A DNA stretch of 64,000 nucleotides from Eukaryota sp. TZLM1-RC. Its lineage: Eukaryota; Protista; Metamonada: BaSk clade. The position numbers and the translations under genes were made by a program. Shown here one piece after another: positions 34,672 through 45,756 of the stretch. Within the stretch, counting starts at the first letter, position 1; each line of letters opens with the position of its first letter. The notes below the pieces were generated by a model. It saw nothing but the letters and a program-made list of their open reading frames with translations. It had not been told where the DNA came from and did no database searches. The stretch spans positions 6,787,784 through 6,851,783 of the forward strand of contig JAUPSS010000004.1 in NCBI GenBank assembly GCA_040285825.1, written 5' to 3'.

Positions 34672-35170
34672 TGATATCATGATGATTGCGACTATTGATT
34701 CGACTGCGTTTTGTTCATTTATTACTGCAGATTTAGTTGAACAATGCCATATGTCAATCAATAGTGAAGATATTATTCAGCTTTTACCTACAATTAATGT
34801 ATCTACAAAATCGCTGGGGAGTGCAACAAGTATTCTGTCGTTCAACGTAGAAAGCATTGCGTAACAAGTACATTACAGACATATTCTTCCCATAATCCCG
34901 TGTTCGAACAGATTTCTAATAGGGGCAGACAAGTTAAAAGCATTTTGGCTTCAGACGGATGATGGTATTTTTATTAGATTAGACAAAAAACACCGAACTT
35001 TGTTAAAACCAGAATCAGAATTCGACTCAAAAATCACTCAACATTCGATTGGGAACTTAGATAACCAATCATCGAGTCTTTCTGATTTTGAGGTGCAATT
35101 AACAAGATCTGGATGTGAGATAAAACTAGGTGATATTAATTATAAATTAAAATTAACGAGTTTATTGAAA
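34672..35170 (+). mobile_element. Ty3/Gypsy-like aspartic protease fragment
   Basis: IATIDSTAFCS (D[ST]G-like) followed by FLIGADKL. Nucleotide paralog of 52981-53230. Confidence 0.7.
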
Positions 35171-35339
35171 TCTTTCTAATATAATGTGTATTGTTATTAA
35201 TATCAACAATATAAGGTACCCTAATTCGACATGGATTTGCCTACAAAATAAGTCAGACGTTTGTCCGAAAAGCCAAACAATTTCTGGTAATATAAGTTAC
35301 GTTGTACAGAAAATATAGAGTTTATACGTCAGCTTGAAC

Positions 35340-35810
35340 TATTTTTTATTGATGAATTATCATTTAAAGTACAACACAACAAAAAAACCATGGGGATCAA
35401 TTGAAGGCCAATAAATACATGTGGGGAGACCAAAAAAGATAGGGTAGCAGATGAGTGCTATAGTTGCAATCGAAATGAATGGCTTGGTGATGTATCATGT
35501 CAAAAAAGAGCATTTTGAGCGACTGAGCTTTGTTGCTCTTCTAAGCAATTTCATTGAGTCAGAATTTAGCTGGACTTACCCAGGGAATCGTTCAGTTTTA
35601 ATTTTAGACGGTAGTATAATTCACATTGCTGAGCAGCTAGTGCAAGGTGTAAGGCAATTCAAATTGCAGAACACCATTCTTCTGCACTATTGTTCAGCAA
35701 TGAATCGTAACGAAACGTTTTTCTCCGTTTTCAAACGGAAAGTGAAAGAATATACAAATAGGAGGGATATCGTTTTCGGCATTAATGTCGTTCATTTCTG
35801 TCCTGACTAG
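35340..35810 (+). mobile_element. Tc1/IS630 DDE transposase fragment
   Basis: FFIDE, SAIVAIEMNGLV, VLILDGSIIH, LLHYCSAMNRNETFFSVFKRKVK (degenerate LPxYSPxLNPIE..F...K). Confidence 0.8.
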
Positions 35811-36221
35811 CTCAAACATCATGACTGTACATGTTACATAGCAACTACAATGACTCACCTTACTCCAGATTGGGTTCTCCACTTCTTGACGCATTAGAAT
35901 AACTTATTTACATTCCCAAGTGTGACTTTGAAGGTGATTTTAAGAAAGGAAGTTATGTTGTGATAAAAATGTACTTATCGTCAAGTTAATTGTAAGTATT
36001 ATAGAAAGAAAGAAGGTGCAATAGTCTCATCCTAAGACTGATCATGCAATGAACGAGCTGAAACAGGTGTAAAGTTTCCGTCAAAGTCAGAGTTTAAATC
36101 AAGGAATGCCCGTACAGGTGTATGAAGAGTAGGGTTATGTAATGTGACTCTCAGCTTGAAGGAAAACGACACGGGATTGAATTTGTGGAGAAGTCTAAAA
36201 TTATTCAATATGCGTTAGAAG

Positions 36222-38181
36222 CATAGCTTTAGATTCCAAAATTTTCATTATTTCCAGAATTTTGAAAGGAACAGTGATTTTGAGAATTCCCTGGAAAAGG
36301 GATTTTCGATTTTCATCACAGAATTATTTCATATTTTCAAAATTCGTCATAAACATTCTTTTATCAACATTTATCATAAAGAAAACTAAAGGTACACTCT
36401 ATAGCTTTTTTTTATCTCGTAAATTTTTTTATTAAATTAGCTAAATACTACGACAATTCAGAGATTCTTCATCCAACTACTCCACTACTAGTAGTCAATA
36501 CTCCAAAAAGACACTGAACAACCAGCACACAACCAAAAAGTACATGATTGACATTACTAAGCGGCCGTCTGAGATGCTCCAAGAGCGTTTTAAAGGCGAC
36601 AGCAAGCTTTTCATCACACATACGATAGTTAGAACCAGCAACAACATCCAATAAGAAGAGTGAGAATTTGATCTCAAGAACAACTAACCAACCCTTCAGT
36701 AAACAGATCACAAACTTTCTACTTCCATTACTAAGCGGCCGTCTAAGAAGCTCCAAGAGCGGTTTAAAGGCGACAGCAAGCTTTTCATGAGAAGAAAAAT
36801 GCGAACATCTGCTGATGGTCAAGTCAAATTGAACACTCTATAGCTGCTGACATTTTGCTTTGTTGTGACCTGTTTGCCCACAAACACTACATCAGTATTG
36901 TCTTCGTGACTTTTCTGGAAAAGCGTGATCTGCCCAGTACTCGACAGGGAATTTTGATAAGTAGTCAGCAACTTTGGAACACTTATTCCGGCATTTCTCC
37001 ATCTTACAAATAAACTCTTCTACTGTCTTGATTTTAGTCAATTGCCATAACCAATTGACTGCAAGAGCATCACCATGCTTGAAAACGTTGTCAGCAAGAT
37101 GATTGATACAAAATTCCTGGTGTATACCCTCAGCAAAAACACCTTCAATGGCATCCATTAGCCCGTTTTGTCTATCTGACAATATAATGTAGACACCGTT
37201 GATATCGAAAGTTTGTTTGAACAACTCCATAAACCAATTACACGTACTGATAGATTCTGATCTAACTGCACCAAAGGCTAATGGGTACCCCTTAGCATCT
37301 ATTCCGGTTGCCACAAGCATAGTACTTTTGTACTTTGTCTTGATGTGTGTACCATCAAAGAATATCATGCTTCTACAAAATCGAAAGATCCCTTTATACA
37401 AGCACTTAAAGCAATAAAAGCTCTATCAAAACTGTTGTTGTCTTCAAGCACTATATCTACCACAGTTCCAGGGTGTCATTGGGGGAGCGAACGGAGAAAG
37501 AATTTTTATGGTGATTTTTGCAAATTTGTAAGGAAAAATGATGAAAAATACTATTTTCCCTTTCTGGAATTCTAAAATTGAACAACGTGGAATATAAATT
37601 GGAGATTTTAGAATTCTCACAAATTCACCACCTTCTAAACCACCATTCCATAGAATTTTCCGTAATCATTTACTTCAATTAGATTTCAACTTTATTCTTG
37701 AATAAACACATAGTATTATATTTTGTAGGTAGTATTGAAGAAAATCTGAAAGTAAGTGGAGATGAGTATGAAGGATTTGGTCCAAGTGATAGTGACAGCG
37801 AGAGTAAAGAAGATGAGGAGGAGATTAGTGACCAGAAGGTTAATGATTCTTAGGATATGAGCTCCACATGAATTACTGTTGCTGATTTATGAAAATGATA
37901 CAGATATCGTGATGACATCTACTGTGAAGAGAACAATGGGTTTAGAATAGAGTTGTTTTGAATAGTTTTTAATTTATTCAACGACAAATACATTATGTAT
38001 CATTTATAAATCCAAATGTGGATTTTCAAAATATGATGAAATGATGTTCTGAAATGTAGAACTTTGAACGAATTTTCCAGAATTCTCAAAAATTCCAAAA
38101 ATCCTTTAAATTCCTACTGTAACGGTAATTTTGAAAATTCGTGGAATTCTCAAATTGAAAATGCGGGAAAGTGAAGTTATG
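36222..38181 (-). mobile_element. Mutator-like (MULE) element, internally deleted, with TIRs and TSD
   Basis: Transposase piece 36892-37401 (FFDGTHIKTKY...ATGID...PLAFG...E...WF...ILSDRQNGL...CINHL) and CSVCGQTGHNKAKC knuckle at ~36850-36890. Termini CATAGCT.../...AGTTATG. Perfect 8-bp TSD GTTAGAAG at 36214-36221 and 38182-38189. Confidence 0.9.
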
Positions 38182-38712
38182 GTTAGAAGTGAAAAACACA
38201 ATTTCATTGCCGTTATATTTTGGTGTCTTAGCTAGAATTGAAGTTCAATATAAATGGCCTTTAAGGTAAACGCAGATCAATTTATGTAAAAATAGAGACA
38301 TTATTTGACAACGGATTATTATGGTTATGAGTGGTGTGAAATTTGAGTTTTTGTTATCTGTGGGAAATATTTTCTGCAACTTTGGAATTTATTTGTGGGC
38401 ATATTTTGCACCTTTTTGATTTAAACACTAATGATGTTTCACCAAGAATTGAAACGCAACTATTTCGTGAAGCTTTTCTTATAACCATGTCTCAAAGTGA
38501 GGTCCCTTAACCCAAGTACAAAAGCAGCTTTACAAAATACTCGTAGTGCAGCATTGTTGGAATTACATCAACAACATTTAAAAGACCAACTTGTTCCAAA
38601 AGTGCTTTCAAAGAAAAAGAAATAAGTAATATTTTGTATTACAAAATTGACAAAATTGCAGTCTCTGAGAGCTTACAAAATATTATTTCTGCGTGTTGCT
38701 TAAGCAGGTTCA

Positions 38713-40810
38713 ATGAGAAAGGAAAAAACAATTTTATTACCCTTTCAATATGGTATTTATACCACAGATGGAGTCTCTTCAGCGTTATTTGCTACTGATG
38801 TTTTATTTCGCCAAAATGAATCCAATGTTTGTATGTCATTGGATTTTAGTAATGCTTTCAATTCACTAAGTCGTCGCAGTATCCATGGTGCTCTACTGCA
38901 ATATATACCGGAATTGATACCGTATTTTCAATCAACATATTGCACATATTCTTATTTACATTTTGGTAATAACATTTTGAGTTCATCAAGTGGTGTAAAG
39001 CAAGGAGATCCATTAGGACCTCTTTTGTTTTGTTTGGCCATTCATCCTATTTTACTGCAAATTCAAGAGATGTTTCCTTCACTAAAAATGATTGCATATA
39101 TGGATGATGTTGTGCTTATTGGTGATTTAAATATTGTGAAACAAGCAACTGCATGTTTTAAAGAATTATTTACCAAAATTGGTCTCCGACTTAATTTACT
39201 TAAATGTGTTTTGTTATCGAATTCTCCAGTTTCCACAATAGTTGATGGTATTGAAATTCAAGCCAAATTATATTCAATTGATGATATTCGTCATTTGGGT
39301 TCGTTTTTAGGAAATAATGATGAAATTACCAAAAAATTGTTTGAAAAGTTGAACTCAATTTCTGACAAAATTGACCGAATGATGAATTTAGATATAAAAA
39401 AACACATCAAATTTACCATTATAAGACTGTGTTTTAGTTCCAATTTTAATCATATATTTCGATCTACAAATCCTCTCGTCACTAGACCTTTGGCTCAGAA
39501 GTTTAATGAGTTACGTGCAAAAGTTCTGTCTCAATTACTGGGATGTAAAATGTTTCAAATTCCAGATCATGCTTACCTTAGTCCACATTATGGCGGTTTA
39601 GGGTGGACGAAGGCTTCTATTCTTACCTCGTGTGCTTTTTGTTGGTGGATGCAGAAATGCAATCTTTGAGTTTTCCGAAAGATTTGCAGATTGGGAAGAT
39701 TTATTGATGACAACGCAAAGTTCCACTGTTTTTGCATTAAATGAAGAAATTTCAAAAATTGATGTAGAAAAATGGGGTCGATGTTTTCCCCAATCATTCA
39801 ATGGCAATATTCCAGAAAAAAATGTTTTAAATTTGAAGTACACTCTTCGAACATTACAGAAACGATTGACTGGAATGTATGAAAAAGATCTTTATAATAA
39901 TATATGCAGCTCGGCTGTTTTAAATCAAGATCTTCACTCATTGTTATTGGAAAAGGGTGTTTGTGAAAACAAGTCGTCAGATTCTTCACTTTTTGTAACC
40001 ATTGTACCACGAAGATTTGGATTGTGTGCCACTAATGAAGCATTTGTAATAAAAATGAGATTATATTTGAACATCCCCATTAATCAATTATTATCAAAAG
40101 AAAAATGTATTTGTTCGAATTCACCTCAACTCACTTTGCGCCATGCTCTGAATTGCTCTAAGTTGATAACTTATCGTTCTTCATTACATGATGCTGTTAG
40201 AGACACTGTTTTCAATATGGCACAAACTGCAAGGATATCGTGTATCAAAGAGCCCCTGCTGAAGGAAACACTTTCTCTGAATTTTTTTGGTTCTGATGAT
40301 AGAGGTGATGTATACTGTGATTGGATTGATAATTCTGAAGCTATTGTTGACTTTGTCTCATGCAATGTTGCAAATGATACTTTGGTTCACAGAAGAAAAC
40401 TTAATCCTGTGGCTGCTCTGAATTTTAAAGCAAAAGAGAAACATAGAAAATATGATAAAGATATTGAAGAGGCTAATGTCGATAGAAATACACAGCTGGT
40501 TTTTATTGCTTTCCCATTTTCGATAAATGGAAGATTATCAGTTGAAGCAGAAACTTTTTTGGATGACTTCCAAAAAATGGTGCAAGAAAAAACAATGAAA
40601 AGATTTGATATTTTTTTATGGCGTTCACGGATTCAATTTGCCATTATTAATAGATTACCTCGGTTTTTCAATCGAATTAGAGAAGCTTTAGCCAGACAGC
40701 AAGCAGATCAAGATTTTGTAGAGGAAATCTTGGTTCAATGATAGTCGTCCCATTAGTTATGAGTTAATTTAATTAAGTGTGCATATTCAATAAATACATA
40801 ATTTTTAGCA
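38713..40810 (+). mobile_element. CRE-type non-LTR retrotransposon, family 3, 5'-truncated, one frameshift at ~39640
   Basis: LDFSNAFN, GVKQGDPLGP, YMDD in 38713-39669. CIC...HALNC, HDAVRD, RGDVYC...VD, KHRKY in 39632-40741. AATAAA at ~40789. Confidence 0.9.
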
Positions 40811-42453
40811 AAAAAATTGACAAACTTATTGTGTATTTCAAAAATAACATCCAAGCTCAATACTTTGATTATTTGGATCGGTTTGTTTATATTTTCTATA
40901 ATGGAAAGAGAAACAACAACGTCCTGAAAAAGCAGGATGAAAAAAAATTTCATCATTTATGATAGGTTAAATCTCTCATTCTAAAAAGATGTAGGGATAT
41001 TAATGACGAAACACCAGCAATGAGAAAAAAATATCGTCTATTAGTTCGCTTTTGATTAATGGTCATATCCCATATTTACATCCCACTACTAAAAGGGAAA
41101 AGTATTCAAAAAATCAAAAATCAAATTTGTATCTCAGGGCAATGTTTTACATTAGGTTTTTTTAGAAGATGAGGAGATCAAACTCTTTCATGTTCTGCCT
41201 TTGAAGAATTCTTGTATAGACTCCTATATCAGAATTGACAAGACAATTTTATTGGACTTGTTCTTTGCCGAATACAGGGACGTTCTTGGTCAAAGGTCGT
41301 CTTATCAATGTACTGACAAACTTCACTGGCATGATTCTTGATGCTGGTGATCCAGGGAAATCTGATCTACTCCATCTTTCTGCCAATTTAGCTACTGCAA
41401 TGACTCTTTCAAAAAACCCGAGATAAGTAAGTATGTTGATTTGAGGTACACTCAAAATCAACGAAGACTTGAGTCGAAAAGTTCCAAATTCAAAAGAATG
41501 AGAGACACCATACGGAATGACACTCTTGTCTCCTTATCACAATAAGTAACTCTACTGGTAGAGTGATTGATCTATTCAATTATGAACCATCTGAAGAGCA
41601 ACAACAAAAGATGGCTTTAAGCAGCAGTATAATTAATCAAATGACTGAAAGAACAAATAGTTTATTACGAGGCGAAGTACCTCAAGAAATCAATATTCCC
41701 CACAAAAATTGATTACTCATTGAACTTGGGTAATAATGAACAAAAAACTAAATCTGTAGCAGAATGGGCAGCAACTTTATCCCAATTCAATTCCAAAAGC
41801 TGCAGATTTGACACATTTATGAAGTATATTAAACAAAATAATTTTGTGAATAGTATTGTTGGTGAAGTCTACCATCAAAAAATATTTAGGAAACTAAGAT
41901 GGTGGGCTGAGATTAATCGCACAAGATCTGAGACAAAGATGATTCAGAGATTCAAATCAGTAATTGATGATCCCAGCCAAGTAGTTATTGGAATCGGAGA
42001 CTGGGAACAACAAAACACATGAAAAACAAAGAACCAACTAATGAACAGGGTTTGCGAATTTTATTTAAAAAGGCAGGTTAAAGGTTATGTCTTTTTAATT
42101 GAGTAGTTTCGATTGCTGTTTCAATTGTAATACAGCGGAGAAAACAGTTGAAACATTCCGATGGTGCACAAATTCAAGGCCATGGAAGAGACATGAGCTA
42201 ACTGATCATCACAGGCTTACTATGTGTAAATTATGCGAAAGTTTGCGGAATAGAGATCAAAATGCTTCGCTGAATAAGTTGGCAGTGATGGAAGCACATG
42301 TAAATGGTGGAGACAGACCAGTATACCTACACAGAGCCAAGGTTGATGAAGGTTCAAAGGAGAAAATCTTCGACTTCTCAAAAACTCAGTCCCTCTACAT
42401 ACATTGGTGTAAAAAGGACACATATTTCATTGTTATAGACAATATCTGTAACA
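40810..42453 (+). pseudogene. Fanzor1 pseudogene, copy A, ending at the P4-ATPase start codon
   Basis: FKNNIQAQYFDYLDRFV, FHVLPLKNSCIDSYIRIDKTIL, RuvC-I GDPGKSDLL, NSKSCRFDTFMKYI...FRKLRW..IN, VVIGIGDWEQ..HMKNKEPT..GLRILFKKAG, CCFNC, RPW, CKLC...RNRDQNASLN (RuvC-III), RPVYL.R. Multiple stops and frameshifts. Confidence 0.9.
42300..42453 (+). ncRNA. Putative Fanzor omegaRNA scaffold / element right end (mirrored at 58031-58185, minus strand)
   Basis: Lies at and after the Fanzor ORF 3' end where TnpB/Fanzor guide scaffolds are encoded. Near-invariant between the two copies. Stems GAGAA/TTCTC, GTCC...GGAC and the terminal TGTTATAGA-CAATA-TCTGTAACA. Expression not shown. Confidence 0.5.
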
Positions 42454-45400
42454 ATGACGGACGACTATCGTTCCATACAATGCAACAATGCCACAACCTC
42501 ATCACGTTATGTGAAGAATAAGGTTCGTCATACAAAATATATCAATGGAGCTCTCAGTCCTTTCAACTTCATTGTTCGCTTCCTCATTGAACAATTCTCG
42601 CGCTTCATGAATCTCTACTTTCTCGTCATTGCAATTCTTCAGCTTAACCCATCCTTAACCCCTGTCAATCCGAGTATGTGTATCTCTTCCTTCCTTTTTT
42701 TAACCTCAGTCACCACCTGGGTCCCCCTTCTCTTAACGCTATCAATTGCAGGTGTAAAGGAAGTTATTGATGACCTTTCTCGTTGGCGTCAAGACAGAAG
42801 AACCAACCTCCGCCGCTACCTGGTATCCAACGGCCAATCGTTCTCCATGGTTCTATCCCAAGATATTAAGGTGGGCAACATCATTCACATTAGGGAGAAT
42901 GAGGAAATCCCTGCAGATGTTGTGGTTTTAAAGTCTTCTGAAAAAGGGGGCAAGTGTTTTGTCAATACAGTTAATATTGATGGTGAAGCTGATTTAAAAC
43001 CAAAAATCGCATGTAACGTCACCAATCAATTATCAGTCCCTGAAGTCGCGAGATTTCAAGGAGTTTTGACTATTCCTCACCCCTCTCCTGATTTTGGCTC
43101 TTTTGATTCAGTTTTAACTATTGATAAGAACAAGTACACGTTATCTTCAAACAATCTTTTGTTACAGGCCACTTCTTTGGCTGCGACAAGTGATGTTTAT
43201 GGAGTAGTAGTGTATGTGGGCAATAAAACCAAATATGGGCTGAGTAAGAAAAAAGCCCCAACTAAATGGACTAGAATTGATAGAAAAATTAACAGATTTA
43301 CTTTATGTATCTGGTCTGGTCAGCTATTACTAGCATTTACTCTTGGTATAGCTGGAAATTTTTCTGATTACTCAAACCACTGGTACTTGTTCCCAAACAA
43401 AGTCATCAATGTTTTGCTGTTACCTGAATGGGCAGTGATTCCTCTGAGATTCCTCTTACTCTGTTCTTTGTTAATCCCCATTTCGCTAAAGGTCACCTTG
43501 GATGTAGCTAAACTGATTTATGCCAAGTTTATTGAAGTTGATGAGAAGATGGTTTGTCCCAGGAGTGGTGGCGCTATAGCTAGATCTACTGCAATTAGTG
43601 AGGATTTGGGCCAAATAGAGTACGTTTTTGCTGACAAAACTGGTACTTTAACTGAAAATAAGATGCTTTTTCATTCAGCCGCTGTTGGTAGTTCGGTGTT
43701 CTCCAGTAATGTCACATCAAAGTCCACTCTACCCATGTCGGAGGTCCATGTCGCTCCTAATGGTCCCTACTTCATCAGAGCTCTGGCTCTTTGTAATTCA
43801 GTTGATACTCTTTATAATGGTTCTGCTCGCATGCCTTTGTACAGGGCAGCAAGTCCTGACGAGAAAGCTCTTGTATTAGCAACAAAAGATATGGGTGCGG
43901 TGTTGATGAAACGTTCTGAAGAGCAGGTCGGTCTTTTAGTTTCTTCTAAGTTAGCTCAAAATAACGAGACTTTGGAGGACTATCACGTGCTCGCTGTGTT
44001 ACCCTTTAGCAGTGACAGAAAGCGCATGGGAGTACTTCTCCGGAAAAAGAATTCTTCTGATACTGTGCCCAATAGTGGGGATTGTCTGTTTCTGATTAAG
44101 GGGGCAGATGATGTTTTAATTCCAATGTGTAACCAGACCTCCGATAGTATTGATATCAGTCGTAACCTTGATAAATTTGCTGCTAAGGGACTCAGAACTC
44201 TTGCAGTTGCTTATAGGCATGTTTCCGCCCAAGAGGCCAATAAGTTTCTTCAAATCTTGGAAGAAGCTTCTACTTCAATGTCAAACCGTGATGGTAAAGT
44301 GGAGCAAGCTTATAAGCTCTTGGAACACTCGTTAACCCTGGCTGGGGCCACTGCCATTGAAGATTCCCTCCAATCCGAGGTATCATCTACTATTTCTTAT
44401 TTGAGGAAAGCTGGGGTTAAGGTTTGGATGCTGACAGGGGATAAGTCTTCTACTGCCTTGCAGGTTGGCATTAGTACTCACTTGGTTAGTCAAAATGATA
44501 ATGTTTCTGCCAAGGATTCTGTTTTCCTTTTATCAGCTGTTTCTGATGCTAGTACATTATCCAGCGAACTAAAAAAGATTTCTTCCTTGTTAAATGATGG
44601 TCGAAATGTCACAAAGTCGCTTGTTTTGACTGGGATTTCTGTTCCTCCCCTGCTAAGCCCCTCTCTGCTTCCTCTATTTCTTAAGGTTACTGACAAAATG
44701 GAATCTGTTATTTGTTGTCGACTAACCCCAACCCAAAAAGCTGATATTGTAACAACCCATAGAAATTACAAGAAAGCTGTTTGTTTAAGTGTTTGGTTTT
44801 TAAAAATTGAACTAATTTCAGATTGGTGATGGTGGTAATGATGTGGCCCAGATCCTCGCTGCAAACGTTGGAGTTGGTATTATCGGTAGAGAAGGCTTGG
44901 CTGCTGCTGGTGCTGCTGACTATGCCATTGGACAGTTTAGGTTTCTCAAAAGATTGATGACGATTCATGGTAGAGGTTCTTTGAGGAAAACAGCCTTTAT
45001 AACGTTATTTTCGTTTTGGAAGTCTATGGTGTTAGCTTTTCAACAACTCTCTTTTTCCACGTTGACAATGTTTTCTGGAAGTTCCTTCTTTGATACCTTT
45101 GCTCTCAGTACTTGGAACATAATCTTTACCTCTTTTCCAGTGTTGATGTACGTTTTGGATCGCGATGTGGAAGCTGAGGTCATTGCATCCAATGCCAATG
45201 TGTATAAGTCCACTTTAAGAAATGATGTAATGTCTGTTAAAATTTTCGCTTCGTGGGTGTTGAGAGCTTTTTGGCAAGCTATTGTTTGCTTTGCAGTTTC
45301 TCTCTTATCTTTTGGTCCAGGGTATGCTCATCCCAGTAAAGGAATTCCCAGTGATTATTACGCTGTTCCTATTGTTTCATTTACTTCAGCAATGGTAATT

Positions 45401-45670
45401 CATACGGTCACCATGGTAACTGAAAGTAATTTGATTACTGGACTAAATGCTTTCTTCATTTTTGGATCAATGGCCATTTTGCCTTTAAGTCTTGCGTTGT
45501 TTTCTTTTGTCCCGACATCGGATTTATTTGATGTTCAAATTAGATTATTTAAAGACCCTATTTATTATTTCTCTGTTATTGTAACTTCAATTTTAGCAAT
45601 GTTGCCAGTTTTGTTTTTTCAATGGCGGAAGTTTCTTGTCTCGAAGTTTAAGTCCAGTGAAAAAATTTAA
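42454..45670 (+). CDS. P4-type ATPase (phospholipid flippase); exons 42454-42673, 42710-44790, 44822-45670; 1049 aa
   Basis: TKY...EQFSRFMNLYF, IDGEADLK, LIPISLKV, EDLGQIEYVFADKTGTLTENKM, SPDEKAL, FSSDRKRM, KGAD, VWMLTGDK, CCRLTPTQK. Splicing restores PVNPITTW and CLSIGDGGNDV; spliced length 3150 nt is divisible by 3. Confidence 0.96.
42674..42709 (+). other. 36-nt spliceosomal intron, in-frame and stop-free
   Basis: GTATGT...TTTAACCTCAG. Removal converts PVNPSMCISSFLFLTSVTTW to the conserved PVNPITTW. Confidence 0.85.
44791..44821 (+). other. 31-nt spliceosomal intron
   Basis: GTTTGG...ACTAATTTCAG. Removal joins the two ORFs and restores the invariant IGDGGND motif. Confidence 0.93.
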
Positions 45671-45756
45671 TTGAATATTGGTAATAAATGTATTTATCTG
45701 ATGTTATTATGTTTTATTTAAATCTAATTCACACAATAATATAGAAAACAACTCAC

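Noticed and set aside
42400-42453. Shared sequence before two ATGs as a retro-copied spliced leader
   Set aside because: The shared block extends hundreds of bases into Fanzor coding sequence, and the flippase gene retains its introns.
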